A DNA stretch of 47,700 nt. Origin: Myxococcota bacterium. Its GTDB lineage: Bacteria; Myxococcota_A; UBA796; SXON01. The notes beneath the pieces were generated by a model. The model was not told where the DNA came from, did not search any database, and saw only the letters and a program-made list of their open reading frames with translations. Position numbers and translations under genes: made by a program. The stretch's first letter is position 1. Each line of letters starts with the position of its first letter. Of this stretch, positions 28,427 to 38,198 are shown in pieces. The stretch is taken from the NCBI GenBank assembly GCA_040386535.1, contig JAZKFH010000041.1, forward strand, positions 1 to 47,700, given 5' to 3'.

Positions 28427-30442
28427 ATGCACGTGCTCTCCTCGATTTTCGCCCTCGTCAGCTGCGCGCCGCCCCTGCCGGACGACGTGACGCCGTGGGA
28501 GCCCGCGCCCCTGTCCTGCCCGACGGAGCTGCCCGACGCCCCCGCGCCGGACAGCGCCGAGTGGGCCTCGTCCTCGCCGCCGCTCGGCGGGGACGTGATC
28601 ATCTTCGGCACCTCCGCGGCGGACCCGGATCTCGTCTACGCGGGCTCGGGGCAGAACGGCATCTTCCGCTCGCACGACCAGGGTTTCACGTGGGACGCCG
28701 TCAACGTGAGCGTCGGTCACCTCTACGGACAGTTCGCCATCTCCCAGGCGGACGCGAACTGTCTCGCCTTCACCTCCGGTCAGCCCTACGTGAGCGACGA
28801 CCAGGGAGAGCACCTTCGCCCCATGTCGCTGGCGCCGGAGGACGCGAGCATCCAGGGCCTCGTCTACGTGGGGCGGAACCTCCTCATGCTCGGCGGCAAC
28901 GGAGAGGTGTGGTCGGCGCCGGATTGTGGTACCACACCCATCCGCATCGGCACGATCCAATTCGGGGCGCCGCCGCCCTCCTCCGCGCACGCTCACGGAC
29001 AGATCTCGTCGACGTGGTGGATGGCCGCCCGCGGCGAGGCCGTCTACGCGATGAGCCAGATCGGCGTCATCTTCGGCTCGGTGGACGAGGGGGTGACATG
29101 GATCACCCACCACCAGGATCCCGCCTGGGTCAATGTCACGTTCCGCGTGGATGACAATTACCAGTGGGTGGTGCGCCAGGGCACCAGCACGTTCGAGGTG
29201 CAGCGGCGCAATCCGCGCTCCGACCTGTCCGTCGGGTTCGAGACCGTCGCCACGTTGGACGGCGCGGCGACCGGGGCCTACCTCACCGCGGAGGGCGAGT
29301 ACCTCGTGAGCAGCACGCTGGGGATCTGGTCCTCGGAAGGTGGCGAGCTCGAGGTCGGAATCGAGGACGAGGGGCTCGGGATCTACTCCGTCGCCCGCGT
29401 CGGCAACTCGTTGTTGGCGGGGTACCGGGCCGGCGTGTCGGTGTCACCGGACGACGGGGCGAGCTGGGGCTGGACCAGCGAGGAGTTCTACGACCTCGAC
29501 ATCGTCAACCTGCACGTGCACCCGGTGTGTCCCAACGTGCTGTTCGCCGGCACCCAGTGCCGCACGGGCACGTTCCGGTCGGACGACTACGGGCAGACCT
29601 GGTCCCGCATCACCGCCGCGATGCACTACACCATGGGGGTGGACATCTCGCCCGCGGCGCCGGAGCAGGTCTGGGCGGTCACCGACGACGAGGTGTACGT
29701 GTCCAAGGACATGGGCCTCACCTGGGAGAACCGCTACCCGAAGGGCGTCGGCGTGGCGGGCGCGCACTACCACGGCCTCGGGATCTCGCCCGACCGGCCC
29801 TCCACCGTGCTCATCGGCTCCGTCGGCTCCGGCGAGTACGCGGACGACACGGCCCGCATCTACCGGACCGACAACAACGGCGCGACGTGGAGCAAGTCGA
29901 GCACCGGGCTGCCCGAGAGCACCGAGTCGTTCCACGCCATCCACTTCGCGGACACCGTGCCCGGGGCCGTGCTCCTCGGCACGTACCGCTCCGGCGCCGG
30001 CATCAGCCACGGGGGCACCACCCCCGGGATCGGCGTCTTCCGCTCCACCGACCTCGGCAACACCTGGGCCCAGCTCGACTCGACCCCCGCGTTGTCCTTC
30101 TCCCACTTCGCCGAATGTGACGGCCGGATCTACGCCGCGACCAACGAGGGGATCCTCGCCACCGAGGACGTTGGTGACACGTGGGAGGTGCTCCTCGCGC
30201 CGGCCGAGGGCAGCGAGATGCTCAACGTCGCGTGCGCGGGTGCGCGCCTGCTCGCGGTCGACCCGCAGTCGGGCGTGTTCCGCTCCCCCGACGGCGGCGC
30301 CACCTGGGAGGATTGGACCGGCAGCATCACGTTCGACCTGCAGGCGTGGGAGGTCCAGCTCGGCTTGGAGCTGTCGACCGACGGGGAGATCGCCTACTTC
30401 ACCCACCCCGGGGTCGGGGTGTTGCTGCGCGGCTGGGAATAG
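28427..30442 (+). CDS. BNR/Asp-box beta-propeller lipoprotein
   Basis: Many SxDxGxTW repeats (RSHDQGFTW, SPDDGASW, RSDDYGQTW, SKDMGLTW, RSTDLGNTW); LVSC lipobox. Confidence 0.85.
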   Translation: MHVLSSIFALVSCAPPLPDDVTPWEPAPLSCPTELPDAPAPDSAEWASSSPPLGGDVIIFGTSAADPDLVYAGSGQNGIFRSHDQGFTWDAVNVSVGHLYGQFAISQADANCLAFTSGQPYVSDDQGEHLRPMSLAPEDASIQGLVYVGRNLLMLGGNGEVWSAPDCGTTPIRIGTIQFGAPPPSSAHAHGQISSTWWMAARGEAVYAMSQIGVIFGSVDEGVTWITHHQDPAWVNVTFRVDDNYQWVVRQGTSTFEVQRRNPRSDLSVGFETVATLDGAATGAYLTAEGEYLVSSTLGIWSSEGGELEVGIEDEGLGIYSVARVGNSLLAGYRAGVSVSPDDGASWGWTSEEFYDLDIVNLHVHPVCPNVLFAGTQCRTGTFRSDDYGQTWSRITAAMHYTMGVDISPAAPEQVWAVTDDEVYVSKDMGLTWENRYPKGVGVAGAHYHGLGISPDRPSTVLIGSVGSGEYADDTARIYRTDNNGATWSKSSTGLPESTESFHAIHFADTVPGAVLLGTYRSGAGISHGGTTPGIGVFRSTDLGNTWAQLDSTPALSFSHFAECDGRIYAATNEGILATEDVGDTWEVLLAPAEGSEMLNVACAGARLLAVDPQSGVFRSPDGGATWEDWTGSITFDLQAWEVQLGLELSTDGEIAYFTHPGVGVLLRGWE

Positions 30443-30472
30443 CGGCTACACTCCGCGCCCCCTCGGTATGGC

Positions 30473-32998
30473 ATGCGCAGCTTCGTCCTCTCGTTCGTGT
30501 TCTTCTGCCTCGCGGCGTGCACCGACGGTGGGGATGGCACCGACGATCCGGGCAAGGACACCGGCGAGCCGCCGGAGGTCGACCTCGACCTCGACGAGGA
30601 CGGGTTCGACGCGCCGGCCGACTGCGATGACGGCAACGCGCTGGTGCACCCGGGCGCGAACGAGCATTGCGACGGGGTGGACCAGGACTGCGACGGCGTC
30701 GTCGACGACGCCGCGGACGACGCGACCGCCTGGTACGCGGACGCCGACGAGGACGGCTTCGGCGACCCCCTCGGCAGCCTCTACGCCTGCGTCGCGCCTG
30801 CCAACTACGTCGCGGATGCGACGGACTGCGACGACGCCCTCGACACCGTCAACCCGCTCGCGGTCGAGACCTGCAACGGCGACGACGACGACTGCGACGG
30901 CGTGGTCGATCCGGCCACCAGCGCGGGGGTGGGCATGTGGTACCCGGACGCCGACGGGGACGGCTTCGGCCGCGCGGTCGCCGAGGCCGTCGTGAGCTGC
31001 GCGGCGCCCGCGGGCTACGTCGGGGAGGCGAGCGACTGCGACGACGCCGACGCCGACGTGTTCCCCGGGGCCGTCGAGGCCTGCAACGGGGTGGACGACG
31101 ACTGCGACGCGGCCATCGATCCGGGCACCAGCGAGGGCGCCGCCACGTGGTACCCGGACCTGGACGCCGACGGCTTCGGGGACGCCGCGTGGCCCGCCCT
31201 CGCCTGCGCCGCGCCCGACGCCCACGTGGCCGACGCCACCGACTGTGACGACGCGGAGGCCGCCGCCCACCCGGGCGCGGACGAGGTGTGCGACGGGTTC
31301 GACGACGATTGTGACGGCGTGGTCGATCCGACCACCAGCCTCGACGCCGGCACCTGGTACGCCGATGTCGACGGCGACGGCTTCGGCGACGGGTACGTGC
31401 CCGTGGTGGCGTGTGACGCGCCCGCGGGCGCCGTCGCCGACGGGAGCGACTGCGACGACGTGCTCCCGGACGTGAACCCCGGCGCGCCCGAGGTCTGCGA
31501 CGCGGGCGACGTGGACGAGGACTGCGACTCCTACGCCGACGATGACGACGAGGCCGCCTCCGGCCGCGTGGCCCACTACGTGGACGACGACGGTGACAAC
31601 TTCGGGATCGAGGGCGGCGCCGCCACCCTGTACTGCGATCCGCCGCCGGGCTGGTCGCCCACCGCGGACGACTGCGACGACACCGACGCCGTCCGCAACC
31701 CCGCCGGCTGGCCGTGCACGACCGTCCTCACGACGGCCGACGCGGGCCTGAAGCTCTCGTTCACCGAGCCGAGCGCCTTCGCCGGGTACTCGTTGTGGGC
31801 CGACGACTACAACCTCGACGGGGAGCCCGACTACGCCGTCGGCGCCTACTACCGGAGCGGCGGCAAGGGCGGCCTGTACGTGGCGTTCGGCCCCGAATCG
31901 GGCAGCATGTCGCTCACGACGGCGGCGGACGTGACCTTCACGTCCACCACGCCCACGTACGTCGGGTACTGGACCGGCGCGGCGGGGGATCTCGACGGGG
32001 ACGGCAACGACGATCTGGCCTTCCTCGCCACCTCCGCCGGCTACTATGCCTACTACACGCCGATCACGACGGCGGAGACGCTGGCGACTGCCGACGTGCG
32101 CCTGACGCCGGAGGCCGGGGGCTCGCCCATCGTGGCGGCGGGCGGCTTCGACTTCGACGGCGACGGGCGGGACGATGTCGCGATCGGAGACCCGAACTGG
32201 GGCGGCTCCCAGGGCGCCGCCTACGTCGTGTCCGGCCCGCTCGCGGGCAGCGCGTCGCTCTCGGCGGCCGACCTGATCCTGCGGGGAGAGGCCGCCGCGG
32301 ACAGCGCCGGCATCAGCATCGCGCGGGGCGGCGACGTCGACGGCGACGGCATCGAGGACCTGCTTGTCGGCGCCCACTACAACGACGACGTCGGCATGCT
32401 CGCCGGCGCCGCCTACTTCGTGCGGGGCGGCACAACCGGCGTCGTGAGCCTCTCGGACGCGGACGCGATCATCACCGGGACCGGCCCCTACGCGTTCGTG
32501 GGCGAGGCCGTATCCGGCAACGGCGACGTGGACGGAGACGGCTACGACGACATGCTCGTCGGCGCCTCGCGCAACGGGGCCTCCTACCAGGGCGCGGCGT
32601 GGCTCTTCGCCGGGCCGATCAGCGGCGTGATGACGACAACCGCGGCGATCGCGGACCTGACGGGCGTGGCCTCCTACGACATGAACGGGTCCACGCTCGG
32701 CGAGCTGGGAGATCTCGACGGGGACGGCTTCGGAGACATGGTCATCGGCGCCCTCCTGGACGCCACGTGCAACTCGAACGACCGGGGCTCGGTGTTCGTC
32801 TACTACGGGCCCGTCACCGGCTCGCTCGCGTGCGGGCAGGCCGATGTCCAGCTCGAGGGCACCACCAACAACGGGCGCTTCTCCCGCGGCCTGGCCACCC
32901 CCGGCGACCTCGACGGCGACGGCCTCGGAGACCTGCTGGTGGGCGCCTACATGGAGTCGGGCGGCAGCACCTACTTCTTCTCGGGTGCCGACTTCTGA
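30473..32998 (+). CDS. Lipoprotein with MopE-related metal-binding repeats and FG-GAP/integrin-alpha propeller
   Basis: LAAC lipobox; about 5 DCDD..PGA.E.C.G.D.DCD / WY.D.DGDGFG repeats; about 6 GD.DGDG..D...GA repeats. Confidence 0.9.
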   Translation: MRSFVLSFVFFCLAACTDGGDGTDDPGKDTGEPPEVDLDLDEDGFDAPADCDDGNALVHPGANEHCDGVDQDCDGVVDDAADDATAWYADADEDGFGDPLGSLYACVAPANYVADATDCDDALDTVNPLAVETCNGDDDDCDGVVDPATSAGVGMWYPDADGDGFGRAVAEAVVSCAAPAGYVGEASDCDDADADVFPGAVEACNGVDDDCDAAIDPGTSEGAATWYPDLDADGFGDAAWPALACAAPDAHVADATDCDDAEAAAHPGADEVCDGFDDDCDGVVDPTTSLDAGTWYADVDGDGFGDGYVPVVACDAPAGAVADGSDCDDVLPDVNPGAPEVCDAGDVDEDCDSYADDDDEAASGRVAHYVDDDGDNFGIEGGAATLYCDPPPGWSPTADDCDDTDAVRNPAGWPCTTVLTTADAGLKLSFTEPSAFAGYSLWADDYNLDGEPDYAVGAYYRSGGKGGLYVAFGPESGSMSLTTAADVTFTSTTPTYVGYWTGAAGDLDGDGNDDLAFLATSAGYYAYYTPITTAETLATADVRLTPEAGGSPIVAAGGFDFDGDGRDDVAIGDPNWGGSQGAAYVVSGPLAGSASLSAADLILRGEAAADSAGISIARGGDVDGDGIEDLLVGAHYNDDVGMLAGAAYFVRGGTTGVVSLSDADAIITGTGPYAFVGEAVSGNGDVDGDGYDDMLVGASRNGASYQGAAWLFAGPISGVMTTTAAIADLTGVASYDMNGSTLGELGDLDGDGFGDMVIGALLDATCNSNDRGSVFVYYGPVTGSLACGQADVQLEGTTNNGRFSRGLATPGDLDGDGLGDLLVGAYMESGGSTYFFSGADF

Positions 32999-33060
32999 CC
33001 GTTCTTCCCGGCCGGGGTGCGCGCCCGACGTGCTACCCTCAGGCTCCTCCGCGGAGCCGC

Positions 33061-34095
33061 ATGCCCTCGCTCAGCCGGGCGCCCACCTCGGGCCCCTCCA
33101 TCGGCCCGGCCGCGCCCGCCGTCGGCGCACCCCCGCCGGCGGTCGACACCGGTCGGGTGGTGGACCAGGCGCGGGGCAACGCCTTTGCCGCCGAGCAGCT
33201 CGCGACCGGCCAGGCCCCGGCCGCCGCGCAGACGACCGACCAGGCCGTCGGCACCGAGCAGGCCACCGCCATCGCCCAGGCCCCCGCCACGGCGCAGTCC
33301 GCCGGCCCCGCGGCCGGCGCCCGTCCCGCTGGCGGCGCGCTCTCCCGCCTCGCCAACCCCGACCCGGTGGTGGAGGGGGAGATCTCCCAGGAAGTGCTCG
33401 GCGTGCGGATCGTGGGGCGCGGCGTGTCGCCCACCGCGGTGGAGGCCTGCGCGCGGTTCGTGAACGCCTCGCTCGCGAGCCGCCCCGACATCCAGGACCG
33501 CCTCGAGGCGGAGAAGGTGGTGATCGTCATCATTCCGCGGGGCAAGCCGATGACGGACGTGGCGGAGTTCGCCGGGCTCCGCGGCGGAAAAACGATCGAC
33601 GGTCGGCTCTGGAGCGACGTGCGCGGATCGGGCGGCATGCGCGTGCCGGGCGGCGCCTGGGCGATCGGCGTGCCCGAGGAGAACCTGGTCGACACCGGCG
33701 CCGGCGCCGACAGCTACGGTGAGGGCTACAACGTGGGCCTGCACGAGCTCGCCCACACCATCCACCTGAAGGGCCTGAGCGGCCCCGAGCGCACGAACGT
33801 CGAGACGCTCTACGCGGCGCGTGTGGCCGCAGGAGGCCCGTGGACCGAGGCCTACGGCGCATCGAACGCCCAGGAGTACTACGCACAGGGCACCAACTGC
33901 TTCTTCGGGGTCAACGCGAGGGTCGGCAACAACGGCCCCGCGTGGCTCGAGGCGAACGACCCCGCGCTGTACACCTTCCTGGTGAGCATCTACGGCGCGC
34001 CCGCGCGCCCCGCGGCCGCCGTCGCGGAGGGCCCCGCCGCCGCTCCCGCCGCTCCCGCCGCTCCCGCCGCTCCCGCCGCTCCGGCGACCACGTGA
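33061..34095 (+). CDS. Zinc metalloprotease, anthrax lethal factor/PPEP (ATLF)-like, with Pro/Ala-rich N-terminus
   Basis: GRLWSDVRGSGG, YNVGLHELAHTIH (HExxH), NAQEYYAQ, LEANDPALYTFL; GGAG SD upstream. Confidence 0.72.
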   Translation: MPSLSRAPTSGPSIGPAAPAVGAPPPAVDTGRVVDQARGNAFAAEQLATGQAPAAAQTTDQAVGTEQATAIAQAPATAQSAGPAAGARPAGGALSRLANPDPVVEGEISQEVLGVRIVGRGVSPTAVEACARFVNASLASRPDIQDRLEAEKVVIVIIPRGKPMTDVAEFAGLRGGKTIDGRLWSDVRGSGGMRVPGGAWAIGVPEENLVDTGAGADSYGEGYNVGLHELAHTIHLKGLSGPERTNVETLYAARVAAGGPWTEAYGASNAQEYYAQGTNCFFGVNARVGNNGPAWLEANDPALYTFLVSIYGAPARPAAAVAEGPAAAPAAPAAPAAPAAPATT

Positions 34096-34346
34096 GCACC
34101 TGGCTCGTCTGGTCGGGAAACGACCTTGTCCTCACGATGAAGGACGGCGCGGGCACGCTCACCGGCGCCGCCCCCCCGCCGCCCGACGGCGCCGTCACGC
34201 GGCATCCCTTCCTGTCCGCCAGCGCGCACGACGCCGGGCACGAGGCGCGCCTGCGCGCGGTCCTGGAGGGGGCGACCTCTCCGGAGAACTTCCGCGAGCG
34301 GCTGCGTGCCGCGGGGTATCGGGTCGAGCTGAAGCCCCGACAGTAG
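34092..34346 (+). CDS. Small hypothetical protein coupled to the protease (possible immunity/partner)
   Basis: GTGA overlap; 84 aa, MSTWLVWSGNDLVL...FRERLRAAGYRVEL. Confidence 0.65.
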   Translation: MSTWLVWSGNDLVLTMKDGAGTLTGAAPPPPDGAVTRHPFLSASAHDAGHEARLRAVLEGATSPENFRERLRAAGYRVELKPRQ

Positions 34347-34413
34347 GGCATGTTCCTACCGCACGAGCGCGGTCCGGGTGTCGCCCGGGGCGCACGTGGG
34401 TAGACTCCGGGGA

Positions 34414-35187
34414 GTGTCCCGGTTCGCCATCGTCATCGCCGCCGCCATCCCCGCCGTGCTGGGCTGCCGGTCCCCCCAGCCGGACGCCGGCGTGGCCGTC
34501 TACGACGCGCTCGGGCTCCCCGACTGCGCCGCCAGCTACAGCGGGTACGACGTTTGCACGACGATCCGGTACTGGAACAGCGCGGTGCCCGAGGACTTCG
34601 AGGAGCCCACGTGGCTCCGCGGGCCGGTGCGGTGGATTGGCACCGAGGTGCAGCCGGCCTTCTGCGCCGATGACCTGCTCGAGGCCGAGGCCTGGGCGCT
34701 CGCCTACGAGCCCGACGCCGAGGGAGCCACGCACGCGGCCAACCCCTCCGATCCACGGTGGACCGACATCATCCGCTTCGACGCGGCCGGCGTGCCCGTC
34801 GAGCGGCAGCGCATCCTCCACTGCGACTTCATGGCCGAGTTGGGCCCCACCCCGCCCGGGCTGGACCCCATCGACGTGTACGCCCGCTATGCGACGGTCC
34901 CGGTCGCGGACGAGGACTTCTTTCCCGTCGTGCGCGAGATCGCGAAGTGGCGGCAGGTTCCGCTGCAGTTCCAGACCCTGCTCTCCTGGGGAGAGGTCGT
35001 GACCGAGACCGCGCACGTGCGCACCTGCGGGGTGCGCTGCGGCACCTGCGAGGACACCACCGGCGGCCGCCTCCGCGCGGTGACGGGCGTCCTCGAACGC
35101 GTCGATTGGGTGCTCGACCCGCTGACCGGGGTGGTGTCGTTCACGCCCGAGGCGATCCTCGAGGTGGACTGCTACGCGAGCTACTGA
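34414..35187 (+). CDS. Hypothetical Cys-containing lipoprotein
   Basis: GTG 7 nt after TAGACT; MSRFAIVIAAAIPAVLGC lipobox. Confidence 0.7.
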   Translation: MSRFAIVIAAAIPAVLGCRSPQPDAGVAVYDALGLPDCAASYSGYDVCTTIRYWNSAVPEDFEEPTWLRGPVRWIGTEVQPAFCADDLLEAEAWALAYEPDAEGATHAANPSDPRWTDIIRFDAAGVPVERQRILHCDFMAELGPTPPGLDPIDVYARYATVPVADEDFFPVVREIAKWRQVPLQFQTLLSWGEVVTETAHVRTCGVRCGTCEDTTGGRLRAVTGVLERVDWVLDPLTGVVSFTPEAILEVDCYASY

Positions 35188-35337
35188 AGCGCGCGACGGG
35201 CCACCGCGCGACGGGCCACCGCGCGTCGGGCGCCGCCCCGGATCGGGACCGCGCGGAGGGCTTCGCGTGGCGCCGCAGGGCGAGCCACCGTGCGGCACCA
35301 CCGCACGGAAGAGATCGCGCGGAGGGGCACCTCGACC

Positions 35338-35366
35338 TTGTCGCGCCATCTTAGCAATGCTAAGAT
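35338..35366 (+). promoter_or_regulatory. Leaderless sigma70 promoter with 19-bp palindromic TetR operator
   Basis: TTGTCG-17 bp-TAAGAT-6 nt-GTG; palindrome ATCTTAGCA-A-TGCTAAGAT at 35348-35366. Confidence 0.85.
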
Positions 35367-35372
35367 AGCGGG

Positions 35373-35978
35373 GTGAACGACCCCCTGAGCCCTCGCCGCA
35401 TCTCCAAGCCCCGCTACCACCACGGCAACCTCCACCAGGTGGCGCTGCGACGGGGCCGGGAGATCGTCGCGTTGCGCGGCCCCGATGCGCTCACCCTTCG
35501 CGGCCTCGCGCGCGAGCTCGGCGTGACCGCGACCGCGCTGGTCTACCACTTCGGGTCACGGGCGGGACTGCGCTCCGCGGTCGCGGCGGCGGTGCTCGCG
35601 GACGTCGAGAAGGCCGCCTTCACCGATGCAAAAGGTGTGGCGCGCGCAGCCCCCGAGGTGGTCGGCGAAGCCTGGATCGCCTACGCCGAGAAGAACCCCT
35701 TCCTGTACCGGCTGGCGTCCGGAGAGGGGTGGCGTGACCAACCCCGGGTGCCCACCGGGCTCGACGCGGGGGGGCTGGCGGTGCCCTCTCCCCGCCGGGT
35801 CCTCCAGACGGCGTTCGCGCGTCGCACGCGTCGTATCGGCCTCCCCGGGGGCGACGCGGCGCGCGCCGAGCTGTTCTCCCTCACCATCCATGGCCTGGCG
35901 CTGGCCCGGATGGACGGGGCCGGGCGCGATGCCGTGGCCCACGCGTTGGGGCAGCTGGGACGCGCGCCGATGGGCTGA
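35373..35978 (+). CDS. TetR/AcrR family regulator, copy 1
   Basis: YHHGNL...GPDALTLRGLARELGVTATALVYHFGSR HTH. Confidence 0.92.
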   Translation: MNDPLSPRRISKPRYHHGNLHQVALRRGREIVALRGPDALTLRGLARELGVTATALVYHFGSRAGLRSAVAAAVLADVEKAAFTDAKGVARAAPEVVGEAWIAYAEKNPFLYRLASGEGWRDQPRVPTGLDAGGLAVPSPRRVLQTAFARRTRRIGLPGGDAARAELFSLTIHGLALARMDGAGRDAVAHALGQLGRAPMG

Positions 35979-36082
35979 CGGGTCGAGCGCCAACACGTCG
36001 GCGGCGCAAGATCGCCGCGTCAGCTGAGCCCGACCCTGAGTGCGGACGACTTCCGTCTCGCCTTCGCGCGGATTCGCGCGGT

Positions 36083-36403
36083 CTACTGCTTCTTCCGCTC
36101 CAGGAACGTCGCGAGTCCCGCCAACACCATCCCGCCGATCATCCCGAGCAGCGCCGGCCCCACGGCCGCCTGGGTGATCTCGGCGAGAACGACCGCCTGC
36201 TGCTCCGGCGCGGCGGCGGACACCGCCGAGAAGCCCGTCGCCAACGTCATCGCGGAGGCGCCCACCCCGAACAGCCACGCGGCGGCGCCCGCAAGGCGCG
36301 CACGCTTGAGCCGGTCGGCCTCGGCGGTGCGGGCCCAACTCACGAGGTCCACCAATCCGAGCACGAGGAGGCCGAGGACCGCGGTGTAGCCGACGAGGAG
36401 CAT
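36083..36403 (-). CDS. Small 3-TM membrane protein (weak MotA/TolQ/ExbB C-terminal resemblance)
   Basis: Hydrophobic segments; FSAVSAAAPEQQAVVLAE. Confidence 0.55.
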   Translation of the reverse strand: MLLVGYTAVLGLLVLGLVDLVSWARTAEADRLKRARLAGAAAWLFGVGASAMTLATGFSAVSAAAPEQQAVVLAEITQAAVGPALLGMIGGMVLAGLATFLERKKQ

Positions 36404-36420
36404 CGGACGGTCTAACGCGG

Positions 36421-36516
36421 GCGCCCCCCGCGCCTCCCGCGCCTCCCGCGCCTCCGGCGCCTCCCGCGCCTCCCGCGCCTCCGGCGCCTCCCGCGCCTCC
36501 CGCGCCTCCCGCGCCC
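36421..36516. repeat. 9-bp minisatellite (GCGCCTCCC/G, about 10 copies)
   Basis: Directly visible between two minus-strand genes. Confidence 0.9.
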
Positions 36517-36517
36517 T

Positions 36518-37573
36518 TCAGAGCGGCGCGAGCCCCCCACAATCGATCGCCCCCGACAGCACCCCCACCGGCGCCTTCCACTTGGAGCCGACGGGCAGGG
36601 TCGACCACTTCGCTTGCGGCACGTCGCACGCGAGCGCCTTGCCGTCGTCCCCGGTGAAGGACACGGTGTAGGTCTCCTCGCGGGAACCCTCGCGCTCGCA
36701 GCCGAGCGTCGTGCCCGTGCAGCTGAGCGCCACCGTCGGCCAGCGTGGGATGTCGGTCACCGCGGCGCCCGCGGCGCGCTCGGTGCGGGACACCTTCCAG
36801 CGGTCGGCGACGTAGCTGCACCGGTCGTCGAGGACGGGCTCCTCGCGGTACTTGGTCGTGCACTTCTCCTTCTCGGCGAAGCTGCCGTCGCCCTTGTCCT
36901 CGCGCACGGTCTTGCAGTCCTGGCCGGCCTCGACCTTGCGCGTGCTCCGCTCCTCGCGCGTGCACGTCACGTTGCGGGCGCCGCCGGGGAGCTCGTCCTT
37001 CCACGCCTTGTCGGTCACCGTCTGGTAGCGCTCCACGGCGACGGCGCGCGTCCATGCATGGCTCGCGACGGTCACGCCCGCGTCCCGCTTCCAGAACACC
37101 ACCGCGCCGAGGCCGGCACATACGACGAGCCCGATGATCAGCACGAGCCCGCCGATCAGGAGTGCCTTGCCACCCATGCCCGACGGCTTCTTGGGCGGAG
37201 CGGACGGGCCCTTCTTCTGCCCCTCGAGGTCCGCGAATGCGCTGCGGGCCGAGTCCTCGGAGAAGTCGCGGCCGGCGGCCACCTGCGCCGAGCGCACCGC
37301 CACGACCTTGGCGTCGTCGATGGGGCTGCCGCAGTTCACGCAGAACTCGGCGGCGGCCACGTTGGGCGTCTCGCAATTGGGGCAGGCCTTGTCGGCGCCG
37401 ACGTAGGGATGATCCCCGACGGCCACCTTGTCCTCTTCCTTCGGGAAGTAGCGCTTCGTCGGATCCTGTGGGCTCCCGCAGTTCGGGCAGTGGCGGTGGG
37501 TGAGCCCGAGCAGCTTGGGGGTGTCGCACCGTGGGCAGTCCCACAACATCTCGTACCGGGCTTCCGTCGCCAT
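36518..37573 (-). CDS. Zinc-ribbon membrane-anchored protein
   Basis: WDCPRC...CPNCG...CPNC...CVNCG; one TM segment; Cys-rich exported C-terminal domain; GGAGG SD. Confidence 0.82.
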   Translation of the reverse strand: MATEARYEMLWDCPRCDTPKLLGLTHRHCPNCGSPQDPTKRYFPKEEDKVAVGDHPYVGADKACPNCETPNVAAAEFCVNCGSPIDDAKVVAVRSAQVAAGRDFSEDSARSAFADLEGQKKGPSAPPKKPSGMGGKALLIGGLVLIIGLVVCAGLGAVVFWKRDAGVTVASHAWTRAVAVERYQTVTDKAWKDELPGGARNVTCTREERSTRKVEAGQDCKTVREDKGDGSFAEKEKCTTKYREEPVLDDRCSYVADRWKVSRTERAAGAAVTDIPRWPTVALSCTGTTLGCEREGSREETYTVSFTGDDGKALACDVPQAKWSTLPVGSKWKAPVGVLSGAIDCGGLAPL

Positions 37574-37651
37574 GCAGCCTCCGACCGGTCTGTTCTACCT
37601 CAATCCCGACACGCAGCGCGTGCCATGCCGCCGACAGCGCTACCCTGCGCC

Positions 37652-38068
37652 ATGTCCATCGCCCTCGCCTCCCTGCTCGGTTTCGTCGCCTGGACGCTCC
37701 TGCTCGTGTTCACCCTCATCGGCTGGCGTAGCGTCGAGGCGCTGCTCGGGCGCCGCCGGCTCGACGAGTTTCCCGCCGGGGTGCCCCACGGCACCGACCG
37801 CTATTGGCGGCTGAACCGCGCCCACCTCAACTGTGTCGAGAACCTGCCGCTCTTCGCGACGGTCGTCCTCGTCGCGCACCAGATGGGCGCCGACGTCGGG
37901 ACCCTGGCGGCGGTGTGCCTCGCGGCGCGCGTCGGGCAGAGCGTCACCCACGTGGCGTCGGGGGCGCCCGCCGCCGTGCTCGTGCGCGCCACGTTCTACA
38001 CCGTGCAGGTGGGGACGCTCGCGGCGATGATCGCGGTGCTCGTGGCCGTGGCGCGGATGGTTCGGTAG
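37652..38068 (+). CDS. MAPEG family membrane protein
   Basis: RLNRAHLNCVENLPLFA...ARVGQSVTH; TACCCT 5 nt before the ATG. Confidence 0.85.
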   Translation: MSIALASLLGFVAWTLLLVFTLIGWRSVEALLGRRRLDEFPAGVPHGTDRYWRLNRAHLNCVENLPLFATVVLVAHQMGADVGTLAAVCLAARVGQSVTHVASGAPAAVLVRATFYTVQVGTLAAMIAVLVAVARMVR

Positions 38069-38198
38069 CGTCCGAGGCGCGCGGAGCGCCCACGCGATCG
38101 CGGACGTAAGGGGTTCGAACGTCGCTTGCCCTTGATCCTTTGGCTCGAACCGGCAAAGAGGGGCGCTTGGAGTCGACATCGTGCCCAACGCCCCCCTG

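Noticed and set aside
38101..38175. GGTTCGAAC resembling a tRNA T-loop
   Set aside because: The flanks do not form a T-stem and no cloverleaf or CCA end is present.
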